Positions 8,857 through 18,065 of a DNA stretch of 64,000 nucleotides are shown piece after piece; position 1 is the first letter of the stretch, and each line of letters opens with the position of its first letter. The notes under the pieces were generated by a model, which did no database searches, was not told where the DNA came from, and was given only the letters and a program-made list of their open reading frames with translations. The position numbers and the translations under genes are program-made. Origin of the DNA: Bdellovibrionales bacterium (GTDB taxonomy: Bacteria; Bdellovibrionota; Bdellovibrionia; Bdellovibrionales; UBA1609); the NCBI GenBank assembly GCA_965199825.1, contig OZ241329.1:1248001-1312000 (forward strand), given 5' to 3'.

Positions 8857-10953
8857 ATGACTCTCAACAGAGGTAAATACTCATTGAGATCTGATAAAAA
8901 AAATATTTTGAATGGAACCATAAAGCGACATCCCGATGGCTTTGGTTTTTTTATTTCCGAAACTCCCGATCAACCCGACGTCTATGTGCCAAAAAATGCA
9001 ATGACCGGCGTGATGACCAACGATCGTGTAACGGTCGAAGTTTATCCCGAACCTGGCGGCAAAAGATTTCGTGGTGAGGTCAAAGAAATTTTAAAACGGG
9101 CATTTACAAAAGTGACTGGCGTTTATACGTCGCGCTCCCAAAGTACCGGAATTGTTTATGACAAAAGTTTAAGTTGGGGCGAGGATCTTTTTGTCGACAA
9201 CAACACCAAACTTAAAGTTCAAACAGGCGATTGGATTTCTGCAGAGATTGATCGCTATCCGGGCGATCCCAAAGGGTTTGCGGGTCATCTGACCTCGGTG
9301 ATCGGAAGTGGACAAGATCCCTTAACCGACTCACTTCGCATATTACATTCAAGTCACATTCCTTTTGAGTTTAGTCAAAAAACTTTGAATGAAGCCCAAA
9401 AAATTCCGGCCGATGTTTCGGCCAAGGATATGAAAGGCCGAAAAGACCTTCAAGATTTGCACCTGATCACCATCGATGGCCAAACTGCCAAAGATTTTGA
9501 TGATGCGGTTTGTGTGCAAAAAGAAAGTGGCGGGTACCGACTCTGGGTCGCGATCGCCGATGTGAGCCACTATGTGAAGCCCGCAACCGCAATCGATGAG
9601 GATGCTTACCTGAGAGGGACGAGCACTTATTTTCCAAACTTTGTAGCCCCCATGTTGCCCGAAAAATTGAGCAATCATTTGTGCTCCTTGATGCCCCAAG
9701 TTCCACGACTTTCTTTTGTGGCCGAAATGAAGATCAACACCAATGGTGAACTTCAGGATTCAAAATTTTATGAGGCGGTCATCAATAGTCATGCGCGGGT
9801 GACGTATGGTGAGGCCCAAGAAATTATTGATGGCTCTCGAATCAAAAAATTAGATCATGTGTCCAAAGATATTTTGATGGCCTCAGAGCTTGCAAAAATT
9901 TTGATGGCGCGACGGTTTCGTGATGGATCGTTGGATCTTGAAATCCCTGAGACGATTATCGAAGTGGACGAAGGCGGAACGCCTGTTGATATTTTGAAAG
10001 CGGCACGACTCTTTTCGCACCGTTTGATTGAAGAGTTGATGTTGATGGCCAATATCGCAGTGGCCAAAGAATTTAGTAAGCACAAAGTGCCCGCACTTTA
10101 TCGGATTCATGATCGACCTAAAGAAGACGACATCAAATCGCTCCAAAAATTTATGGGCAGCTTTGGGTTAAAAGCCAATTTTAGCGGTGGGCTATTACAA
10201 AAAAAATTAACTAGCGCGCTTCAAGAGATGCAAGGGCATCCGAAGGCTCAAGTTTTACAAATCATGACGTTGCGATCAATGGCGCAGGCCAAATATTCAC
10301 CCAACAATGTTGGCCATTTTGGTTTGGGATTTTCGGATTATGCTCATTTTACCTCGCCCATTCGTCGCTATCCTGACTTGATCGTTCATCGCCAGCTAAA
10401 AGCTGTGTTGCGAATTCCTGGCTATCCTCTTGAGCCCTTAGAGCAACTTGTGACTGATGGGACCATGCTTTCGGCATGCGAACAGCGATCGGTCAAAGCC
10501 GAGCGCCTGATTCAATCGATCAAAAAAGCTCGATTTATGAAAGGCTTTTTGGGTCAAGAGTTTGAGGGAATTATTAGTTCAGTTACAAAATTTGGGGTGT
10601 TTGTTCTTTTAAGACAGTACGATGTGGATGGTCTGGTTCATGTCGATGATTTGTTTCAAGAGCCGTTTGAATTTGATCAACCCAATTTGCGGCTTGTGGC
10701 TAAACGATCGGGCCTTTCCTACTGCATCGGTGATGAGATCAAAGTACAAGTAGCTGCAGTCGATATCGATAACGGACAAATTGATTTTTCATACGGGGAG
10801 CAAAAGAATCGAACGAAACCACGAGCGCGTAAAGTACAAGCGCAGAAGCCCTCTAAAGGACGCCGCACGACTGAAGACAATCGTGGCGGTGTTCGCAAAG
10901 CACGGGTTTCAAAATCTCGTCGAAAGGGCAAAGCTCGGCCGATTTCTCGTTGA
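8857..10953 (+). CDS. rnr: Ribonuclease R
   Basis: HPDGFGF cold-shock domain, RNB motifs ITIDGQTAKDFDDAV and HFTSPIRRYPDL, S1 domain, basic tail. Confidence 0.95.
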   Translation: MTLNRGKYSLRSDKKNILNGTIKRHPDGFGFFISETPDQPDVYVPKNAMTGVMTNDRVTVEVYPEPGGKRFRGEVKEILKRAFTKVTGVYTSRSQSTGIVYDKSLSWGEDLFVDNNTKLKVQTGDWISAEIDRYPGDPKGFAGHLTSVIGSGQDPLTDSLRILHSSHIPFEFSQKTLNEAQKIPADVSAKDMKGRKDLQDLHLITIDGQTAKDFDDAVCVQKESGGYRLWVAIADVSHYVKPATAIDEDAYLRGTSTYFPNFVAPMLPEKLSNHLCSLMPQVPRLSFVAEMKINTNGELQDSKFYEAVINSHARVTYGEAQEIIDGSRIKKLDHVSKDILMASELAKILMARRFRDGSLDLEIPETIIEVDEGGTPVDILKAARLFSHRLIEELMLMANIAVAKEFSKHKVPALYRIHDRPKEDDIKSLQKFMGSFGLKANFSGGLLQKKLTSALQEMQGHPKAQVLQIMTLRSMAQAKYSPNNVGHFGLGFSDYAHFTSPIRRYPDLIVHRQLKAVLRIPGYPLEPLEQLVTDGTMLSACEQRSVKAERLIQSIKKARFMKGFLGQEFEGIISSVTKFGVFVLLRQYDVDGLVHVDDLFQEPFEFDQPNLRLVAKRSGLSYCIGDEIKVQVAAVDIDNGQIDFSYGEQKNRTKPRARKVQAQKPSKGRRTTEDNRGGVRKARVSKSRRKGKARPISR

Positions 10954-12457
10954 GAAATTATTTTCTCCCGAGGCCGACGAGCTTTCTGCACCCGAACGAC
11001 TCAGAATTTGTTTTGAACAACTCGGGCCAACATTTGTAAAGCTTGGTCAGGTTTTGGCCACAAGGCCTGATCTTATTCCAAAATCTTTTTGCAATGAATT
11101 TAAAAAACTTCATGACCAAGTTCCTGCGGCGCCCTTTTCGGTCATTGAACAAACTCTGCGCGATCATTTTGATTGCGATCTTAAAACTATTTTTGATTCG
11201 ATTGATGAAGTGCCCATCGGTGCCGCAAGTATCGCCCAAGTTTATAAAGCCGTATTAAAAAATGGCGAGCATGTGGTGGTCAAAGTTCAGCGTGCCGGAA
11301 TCGAAGAGGTGGTTGCCGAAGATTTAAGTGTTTTGTTTCGCTTGAGTGAATTGATGGAAAAATATTTACCCGAAACCCGCAATTACAGTCCTATCCGCAT
11401 TGTTGAGGAGTTTCGGCGACACATCGAATTTGAAACAAACTTTGTTGTCGAGGCCAATAACATCCGTCGCTTTGCCGAAAATTTTGCCGAGGAACCCAAT
11501 ATTCATATTCCAAAAATTTATTCGGAATTTACGGGCCGTCGGGTTTTGGTGATGGAAGAGGTTTTAGGTATTCCGTTGAGCCACAAGAATGCATTGGCTC
11601 AAGAGGGGATCGATGCCGAGGTTGTGCTCAGGCGTGGTCTGCATGCCTATTTAAAAATGGTGTTTCGCGATGGACTGTTTCATGGCGATTTGCATGCGGG
11701 AAATTTATTTATCATGCCTAACAACAAAATTGGTTTAATCGATTTTGGTGTGGTGGGCCGCTTAAAAGCATCAACCCAAAGTGCCATCGCTGTTTTATTG
11801 ATGGCGCTTTATGATGAAGATTACGAATATTTCGCCACGACCTATATGGACCTTGCGCCTTTTAGCGAAAAAGTGGACGTGGATGCATTTGCGCGCGACC
11901 TTCAGGATTATATCGCTCCCTACTTTGGAATGACACTGTCGCAAGTGAACGTCGGCCGGCTATTGATGGAGTCCACAACTGTTGCGGCTCGGCATGGATT
12001 AAAACTTCCGCCGGAGCTTTTGCTGTTTTTTAAATCGATCACCACCATTGAGGGCATGGCGCGCATCCTCATGACCGATTTTGATTTTTTGGCCACCAGT
12101 ATGGAATTTGCGCGCGAGATTGTGCTCGAAAAAGCCCAACCTCAACAATGGGTCAATGATCTCACATTGATTTCGCGTGATCTCAAACTTTTGGCGTGGC
12201 CCTTGCCCCGTCAACTGCGCCAACTGTTTCGCAGGTGGAGCCAGCCCGAACATGCAATTCGAATCGAATGGGTGGCTCAAGAAGAACTTCGGCGCAGCTT
12301 GATTACCGCATCACAAAAAATATTTTTGGCTTTGATCGTCGCAGCACTTTTGATTTCATCATCAATTATGGCAAGCCAGGCCGTACCGTGGGAATATGTG
12401 ATCGCAGGTTTTGTGATTTCGCTGCTACTGGCTTTGTTTGGTTATTTTCGCGGGTAG
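10781..12457 (+). CDS. ABC1/AarF/UbiB-family kinase
   Basis: LGPTFVKLGQ, AASIAQVY, VVKVQR, FHGDLHAGN, DFG, two C-terminal TM helices. Start uncertain; overlaps rnr. Confidence 0.9.
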   Translation: MIFHTGSKRIERNHERVKYKRRSPLKDAARLKTIVAVFAKHGFQNLVERAKLGRFLVEKLFSPEADELSAPERLRICFEQLGPTFVKLGQVLATRPDLIPKSFCNEFKKLHDQVPAAPFSVIEQTLRDHFDCDLKTIFDSIDEVPIGAASIAQVYKAVLKNGEHVVVKVQRAGIEEVVAEDLSVLFRLSELMEKYLPETRNYSPIRIVEEFRRHIEFETNFVVEANNIRRFAENFAEEPNIHIPKIYSEFTGRRVLVMEEVLGIPLSHKNALAQEGIDAEVVLRRGLHAYLKMVFRDGLFHGDLHAGNLFIMPNNKIGLIDFGVVGRLKASTQSAIAVLLMALYDEDYEYFATTYMDLAPFSEKVDVDAFARDLQDYIAPYFGMTLSQVNVGRLLMESTTVAARHGLKLPPELLLFFKSITTIEGMARILMTDFDFLATSMEFAREIVLEKAQPQQWVNDLTLISRDLKLLAWPLPRQLRQLFRRWSQPEHAIRIEWVAQEELRRSLITASQKIFLALIVAALLISSSIMASQAVPWEYVIAGFVISLLLALFGYFRG

Positions 12458-12483
12458 TGGTTTTTTTGAACTCTCGGGGCAGC

Positions 12484-12813
12484 TTAGTGCAAGGTGCTGC
12501 CATAAAGAATTGATAAAATTTGAATCGATCGTTCGGTCGAACTTTGCGAGCTGTTGAGCAAGCGGCGAAGTCTTAGGATCAATTGTTGTTTCGCACGAGA
12601 ACTTGCTTCATAAACCGTAGGCCCGTGACCCTCAGTCTCGACTGGCGTGCTATCGTGTGTACTTAAACTACAGTGAAAATTACCCTCAGGCGAGCGTTGA
12701 ACCACGATGGTGATCGGGCCACATCCCGGAGCTTCTTGCTGAATCTCTGTCACATGGTTATAAATAATTGCGCGCTCGTCTTGACTTAGGTCGTATTTTT
12801 TTTGCTGTTCCAA
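12484..12813 (-). CDS. Hypothetical protein, weak resemblance to HPF/RaiA fold
   Basis: 109 aa, SD GGAG before TTG start. FHCSL...EGHGPTVYEASSRAKQQL resembles the HPF beta-beta-helix end. Confidence 0.5.
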   Translation of the reverse strand: MEQQKKYDLSQDERAIIYNHVTEIQQEAPGCGPITIVVQRSPEGNFHCSLSTHDSTPVETEGHGPTVYEASSRAKQQLILRLRRLLNSSQSSTERSIQILSILYGSTLH

Positions 12814-12849
12814 AACTCACTCCATTGCTGGTGTTTTGAAAGTTGCAAG

Positions 12850-13473
12850 CTAAGGGCCAAGCTCGAATTTTTTAGAAAGATGCGGGCTTCCTTTTATTCC
12901 AAATCTTAGGGGCCAGAGCGCGGCGTCGCCCGCATAATCAACACCAATCCGAACCCCAGTTTCGAATTCAAAATCGAATGGGTCTTCAATGATAAAGAGC
13001 TGATCGGACTCACACAGATCAAGTCCATTTTGTGGCCGCGCAATTTGCAACGCTTGGCAGAGTTTGCCAGGGCCAGAACACAAATGAATCAAATCGGTTT
13101 TTTTGCGATTGATGCGCATCTGATTTAATCCCTCTAGGGGTTCCAGTGCGCGAATCAACACCGCCTCGGGTTCGTCGAATTGGGTGACCACATTAAAGCA
13201 GTAATACATTCCGTAAATATGAAACACGTAAGCAGTCCCACCAGGCTGATACATTGTGGCGGTGCGATTGGTTTGTCGTTTGCCAAAGGAATGAGCTGCG
13301 GGATCTTCAATTCCTAAGTAGGCTTCGGTTTCGCAAATACGACCGGCAAGAGTGATGGTCTTACTAAAGCGATGAACAAGAATTTTTCCGAGCAAATCTT
13401 GTGCGACTGTTATCGTATCTTGTTGATAAAAACTTCGTTTTAATTTTAGAGATTGCCTTAAGAGTTGCATCAC
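12850..13473 (-). CDS. mpg: 3-methyladenine DNA glycosylase (MPG/AAG family)
   Basis: LLGKILV, GRICETEAYLG, YGMYYCFNVV, AVLIRALEP, GPGKLCQAL, RIGV. Confidence 0.93.
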   Translation of the reverse strand: MMQLLRQSLKLKRSFYQQDTITVAQDLLGKILVHRFSKTITLAGRICETEAYLGIEDPAAHSFGKRQTNRTATMYQPGGTAYVFHIYGMYYCFNVVTQFDEPEAVLIRALEPLEGLNQMRINRKKTDLIHLCSGPGKLCQALQIARPQNGLDLCESDQLFIIEDPFDFEFETGVRIGVDYAGDAALWPLRFGIKGSPHLSKKFELGP

Positions 13474-13518
13474 GTCTTATTTATCGTTTTAACAGCCGAC
13501 CTACAAGAAAGGCTTCCC

Positions 13519-14229
13519 ATGGTTGACGGCGCACTTATCCCATCTTGGCAAAATCAGCTCGCAGATGAACTCCAAAAACCTTATATGCAAGAGCTCAAAA
13601 CTTTCTTAAAAAATCAGGTTGAGCAAAAAAAAACAATCTATCCGCGAGCCAAAAATTATTTTGCAGCTCTCAATAGCACACCGTTTGAAAAGGTGCGGGT
13701 GGTGATCTTAGGCCAAGATCCCTATCATGGGCCACGGCAAGCCCATGGCTTGTCGTTTTCGGTTGAACCCGGGGTCGACATTCCACCGTCACTTCAAAAT
13801 ATTTATAAAGAACTGCATATGGATGTTGGATTTAAAATGGTCAACCATGGCCATCTCATGAGTTGGGCTCAGCAAGGGGTGCTGTTACTCAACTCGGTTT
13901 TGTCGGTTGAGGCGGGCAAAGCGGCCTCTCATCAAGGAAAAGGCTGGGAGCATTTTACCGATAAAATTATTCAGTGCGTGAACGATGGTTTGGAGCATGT
14001 GGTGTTTATGTTGTGGGGCAGTCATGCACAAAAAAAAGGGGCCCAGGTCGACCGCAAAAAACATTTGGTATTGACCGCGCCGCATCCCTCGCCACTATCG
14101 GCCTATCGTGGATTTTTGGGCAGCAAGCATTTTTCTAAAGCCAATGATTACCTGATCAAAAATGGACGAACACCTATTGACTGGCAACTTCCTGATAGCT
14201 GTACAATCGAACACGATGCATCAGTCTAG
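13519..14229 (+). CDS. ung: Uracil-DNA glycosylase family 1
   Basis: GQDPYH, PPSLQNI, GVLLLN, HPSPLS. Confidence 0.96.
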   Translation: MVDGALIPSWQNQLADELQKPYMQELKTFLKNQVEQKKTIYPRAKNYFAALNSTPFEKVRVVILGQDPYHGPRQAHGLSFSVEPGVDIPPSLQNIYKELHMDVGFKMVNHGHLMSWAQQGVLLLNSVLSVEAGKAASHQGKGWEHFTDKIIQCVNDGLEHVVFMLWGSHAQKKGAQVDRKKHLVLTAPHPSPLSAYRGFLGSKHFSKANDYLIKNGRTPIDWQLPDSCTIEHDASV

Positions 14230-15253
14230 AGTTGAATACCTCAATACTTTGCCCTCGGCAGATCATATTGCCAAAAGTTTAGGATTTAACCCCGAGACCG
14301 TGCTTTTGATTTACGATCGGCGACTTAAAAAAAAATTGTCCAAGTGGCTTAAACTTTTTCCCTATCGGTATGCGGTCAAAGCGGGCGAAGACTTAAAGTC
14401 GCTCAACGATTTTCCAAAACATGTTAAAAAAATAATCGATCTTTTAAAAAATTCAGCACCAAGAAAAAAAACATGTTTTGTAGGAATTGGTGGAGGATCA
14501 GTCGGAGACTTCACAGGCTTTTTGGCAAGTGTTTATAAGCGTGGAGTTTTTTTGATTCATATCCCTTCGACTTATCTTGCCGCCATCGATTCGGCTCATG
14601 GTGGTAAGACCGCCCTCAATATTAAAAGGTATAAAAATCAGATCGGCACTTTTTATTCGGCTCACACTGTATTTATTGTTCAATCGCTGCTCGAAGGGTT
14701 ACCAAAAAAACAGACGCGATCGGCAATGGGCGAGCTATGTAAAATGGCACTCATTGATGGAGACAAATTTTTTTCGCAACTCTCGAGCGAGAAAAATCAA
14801 GATCGCATTTGGGATTATTTGCCCTTGGCGATTGAGGCCAAAAATAAGATTGTCGAACAGGATCCTTTTGAAGCTAAAGGAATCAGAGAAATTTTAAACC
14901 TTGGCCACACCTTGGGCCACTGTTTAGAAATGCAATTGCAGCTTTCGCATGGTGAAGCTGTTGGATATGGAACTCGATTTGCTTTAGAGTGGAGTCACCA
15001 CTGCGGCTATTTGGATTTAGAAGATCTTGCATTGTCTTTGGAGCTTTTAAAAAAACATTTAAATCTGCCGCAAAAACAAAATATATTTACTAAAAGTAAT
15101 TTAAGAAAATTGGTTGTTCAAGATAAAAAGCTGATCGACAAAGATCATATTCAATTTGTATTTCTCGAAAAAATCGGCAAGCCCTTTGTAAAAGCGGTCA
15201 GTCTGGATTCTTTTTTGACCGAATGCGAACGACAAAATTGGATCAAGGGATGA
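14216..15253 (+). CDS. aroB: 3-dehydroquinate synthase
   Basis: GIGGGSVGDFTGF, DSAHGGKT, KNQIGTFY, LNLGHTLGH, HGEAV. Confidence 0.93.
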   Translation: MHQSRVEYLNTLPSADHIAKSLGFNPETVLLIYDRRLKKKLSKWLKLFPYRYAVKAGEDLKSLNDFPKHVKKIIDLLKNSAPRKKTCFVGIGGGSVGDFTGFLASVYKRGVFLIHIPSTYLAAIDSAHGGKTALNIKRYKNQIGTFYSAHTVFIVQSLLEGLPKKQTRSAMGELCKMALIDGDKFFSQLSSEKNQDRIWDYLPLAIEAKNKIVEQDPFEAKGIREILNLGHTLGHCLEMQLQLSHGEAVGYGTRFALEWSHHCGYLDLEDLALSLELLKKHLNLPQKQNIFTKSNLRKLVVQDKKLIDKDHIQFVFLEKIGKPFVKAVSLDSFLTECERQNWIKG

Positions 15254-16416
15254 GAGAGTTTTTCTTTGTTGGCCGTGTGCCTTGCTCAAAGTCGCTACTC
15301 AATCGAGCTCTAATTTTACAAAGTTATGAGCCCAAGCTTGTGATCAAGGGCGACTCTGAGGCCGAAGATGTTATCAAGATGAAGGAGGGTCTAAAGGCTC
15401 TGCTTTCAGATCAGCCGGTGGACTGCGGGAGTGCAGGCACGGTTTTGAGATTTTTGGCATTAAGAGCCGCAAGGGTTAAAGGTCAACATCTGCTCAAAGG
15501 AACACCCAGATTATTTTCGCGTCCAATGGATGAACTGGTCGGGTTACTTTCGCAATTGGGGTCTGAGGTCAACATTTTTGAAGACCACATGATCATCAAG
15601 TCCCAAGGCTTTTTTGTGATGGGCGATATGATCAATGTGCGAAGCGAGAGATCCAGCCAGTTTTTGTCGAGCCTGTTACTCAACTGCTGGGATTTGGATT
15701 TTGATATGTTTGTCAACATGGGCTCGCAAATCGCATCAAAGGCTTATTTTGAAATGACTTATCAGATGTGCGAAAAGGCGGGACTAAAACCTTTTCGAAA
15801 ACAAAATGAATTGATGCTGGCAAAAAATCAAAAAATAATTCCACAAGAGTTGGTGATTGAATCGGATTTGAGTTCGGCTTTTGCTTTGTGCGCGTGTGCG
15901 GCGGTGGGTGGCAGTGCCACTCTTATTGATTTTCCAAGCTTAAGTCTTCAGCCGGATCGCCTTTTTGTGATGGTTTTAAAAATGATGGGTGTGGGTGTTG
16001 AGTCCCACGGCAATCAGCTTAAAATTACCAAAGCCGACACGCTTGTTGGAGTCGATGTGAATCTTTACGATGCGCCGGATCTCTTTCCGGTTTTGGCATC
16101 GCTTTGTGCTTTAGCCGAAGGGTCGTCGCGTCTTTTTGGAGCGCCTCAACTCAATTTTAAAGAATCCAACCGGATTCAAAAAACCGCAGAGCTGCTTCGA
16201 CCTTTAAGACCTTCGCTTGAGGTTCAGCACGACGGTATTTATTTTCCACAAGAAAAACTTCAAAAATTAACTCAACAAATTGAGTTTAACCCGGATCAAG
16301 ATCACCGCATGGCCATGGCCGCGGGTGTATTAATCCAAGCCGGCTATCCGGTCCATATCACCGAGCCTTCGGTGGTTATAAAAAGCTTTCCACAATTTTG
16401 GTCGTTTTTAACATGA
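15250..16416 (+). CDS. aroA: EPSP synthase
   Basis: SKSLLNRAL, CGSAGTVLRF, RPM, SSQFLS, KESNRI, DHRMAMA. ATGA overlap with aroB. Confidence 0.93.
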   Translation: MREFFFVGRVPCSKSLLNRALILQSYEPKLVIKGDSEAEDVIKMKEGLKALLSDQPVDCGSAGTVLRFLALRAARVKGQHLLKGTPRLFSRPMDELVGLLSQLGSEVNIFEDHMIIKSQGFFVMGDMINVRSERSSQFLSSLLLNCWDLDFDMFVNMGSQIASKAYFEMTYQMCEKAGLKPFRKQNELMLAKNQKIIPQELVIESDLSSAFALCACAAVGGSATLIDFPSLSLQPDRLFVMVLKMMGVGVESHGNQLKITKADTLVGVDVNLYDAPDLFPVLASLCALAEGSSRLFGAPQLNFKESNRIQKTAELLRPLRPSLEVQHDGIYFPQEKLQKLTQQIEFNPDQDHRMAMAAGVLIQAGYPVHITEPSVVIKSFPQFWSFLT

Positions 16417-18065
16417 TCACGGTTTTGATCGGCCATCGAGGTGTTGGCAAAACCAGTTTTTTAAAACGAATTCAAAATGCGTTCGATCAACAGGTTGAGA
16501 CCGTCGACCTCGACTTGCTGATCAAAGAGCACTTTGATGAGATTGGTGAGACTGAGTATCGCAAAAAAGAACACGCCGCATTTTTAGAAGCGATAAAAAA
16601 TAGAAATAAAAAAACATTTATCGCCTTAGGTGCCGGATTCAATTTTGAAATTTCATCTGGGATCGAAATTATTTGGATCCGGCGCGAAACCGATCGATGG
16701 GGCAGGATTTTTTTGGACCGCCCCCGACTTGAACCCCAGCTTTCGCCTCTTGAGGAGTATGCGGTGCGCTTTCGTCAAAGAGATGATCGCTTTCGCAGGC
16801 TCGCCCATCGCCAGTATATTTTGCGTGAAGGATCTTTTGATGAGCTCAAAGCCGACAGAGCTTTTTTTAAAATTGACCAAGAGCCGATGAATGGATCGCT
16901 CACGGTACTGCCCTGGATGCTTCAAACTTTGGAGAATGAAAAAACCGCGCGGTATCTTGAGCTTAGGGATGATCTGCTTGATAAAAGTCAAATTTCTCAA
17001 GCTTTAACTTTAGATAAATTATTTTTGATGACTCATAAAAAGTCCCCAGATTTTGAAGAGTCTAAAGCCGTTCATGATTGGCCACTCGAAAAATTTAAAA
17101 ATTCAAGCGGTGTGGTGTCGCTTCATCAGCGAAGCCATGACCTCAATAAAGATTTTAAACGTCTCGAAAATTTTGAGCGGGTGAAGTTTGCACCGATGAT
17201 CGAATCCTTTGAAGAGCTTGAGCTCTGCCATCAGTGGTGGAAGCAAAAACCGGATCAACGCAGTTTTTTACCCTGCTCGGAGGATGGACGCTGGAGTTGG
17301 TACCGGGCGCTCTTTGGGCCAAAAATGGAGATTGGGTTTTTTCGTTACGATGAGGGAGCCAGTCCCGATCAACCGACCTTTGCCGAATGGTTCTATAGCA
17401 GAAATTTCGAAAATCATTTTGCCGCAGTCTTAGGCGATCCTATTGAGCATTCATGGAGCCCCTCTTATCATACCAATTTTTTTGCTGGGTTTAAAATGCC
17501 CATGGTTAAAATTAAAATCTCCAAAGCCTCTGACCTTAAAATTTTAAAGTCGATGGGACTTGTGGCGGCTGCAATCACCTCACCATTCAAAAAACTTTTT
17601 AGAGCTGAAGCCGCAAACACTGTGTGCTGGGATTTTGTCGAACACAAATGGCAGTGGACCAATACAGACAAAGAGGGACTCAAAGTCGCTCTCGAAACAT
17701 TTCAGGAAATCAAAAATTGGGCGGTTTGGGGCGGCGGCGGATTGATCGAAACATTTAAAGACCAATTGCCCGAGGCCCAATACTATGGGGCCCGCAATGG
17801 ACAATTAAAAAGCGGAAAACAAAAAGAGTTTGATGGATTGATTTGGGCCTGCGGTCGAGGCACTCCATTTCAATTTCCGGTTAAAAGACCTCAGCTGATC
17901 TTGGATTTGAACTACACCGAAAACTCACCCGGTTTAGAGTTTGCATTAAGAACGGGTGCAAAATATTTTTCTGGTGCCACTTTTTTTAAAGCTCAGGCGC
18001 AAGCTCAGCAAAAATTCTTTGAAGCCTATTTACAAAAACGACCAAGGATGATCACTACTCTTTAA
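16413..18065 (+). CDS. Trifunctional shikimate kinase / type I dehydroquinase / shikimate dehydrogenase fusion (AroK-AroD-AroE)
   Basis: P-loop GHRGVGKT and RP motif; type I DHQase-like ELRDD, VSLH and VKFAP; SDH motifs LGDPIEHSWSP, TSPFKK, AANTV, NTD, GGGG, DLNY. ATGA overlap with aroA. Confidence 0.8.
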   Translation: MITVLIGHRGVGKTSFLKRIQNAFDQQVETVDLDLLIKEHFDEIGETEYRKKEHAAFLEAIKNRNKKTFIALGAGFNFEISSGIEIIWIRRETDRWGRIFLDRPRLEPQLSPLEEYAVRFRQRDDRFRRLAHRQYILREGSFDELKADRAFFKIDQEPMNGSLTVLPWMLQTLENEKTARYLELRDDLLDKSQISQALTLDKLFLMTHKKSPDFEESKAVHDWPLEKFKNSSGVVSLHQRSHDLNKDFKRLENFERVKFAPMIESFEELELCHQWWKQKPDQRSFLPCSEDGRWSWYRALFGPKMEIGFFRYDEGASPDQPTFAEWFYSRNFENHFAAVLGDPIEHSWSPSYHTNFFAGFKMPMVKIKISKASDLKILKSMGLVAAAITSPFKKLFRAEAANTVCWDFVEHKWQWTNTDKEGLKVALETFQEIKNWAVWGGGGLIETFKDQLPEAQYYGARNGQLKSGKQKEFDGLIWACGRGTPFQFPVKRPQLILDLNYTENSPGLEFALRTGAKYFSGATFFKAQAQAQQKFFEAYLQKRPRMITTL

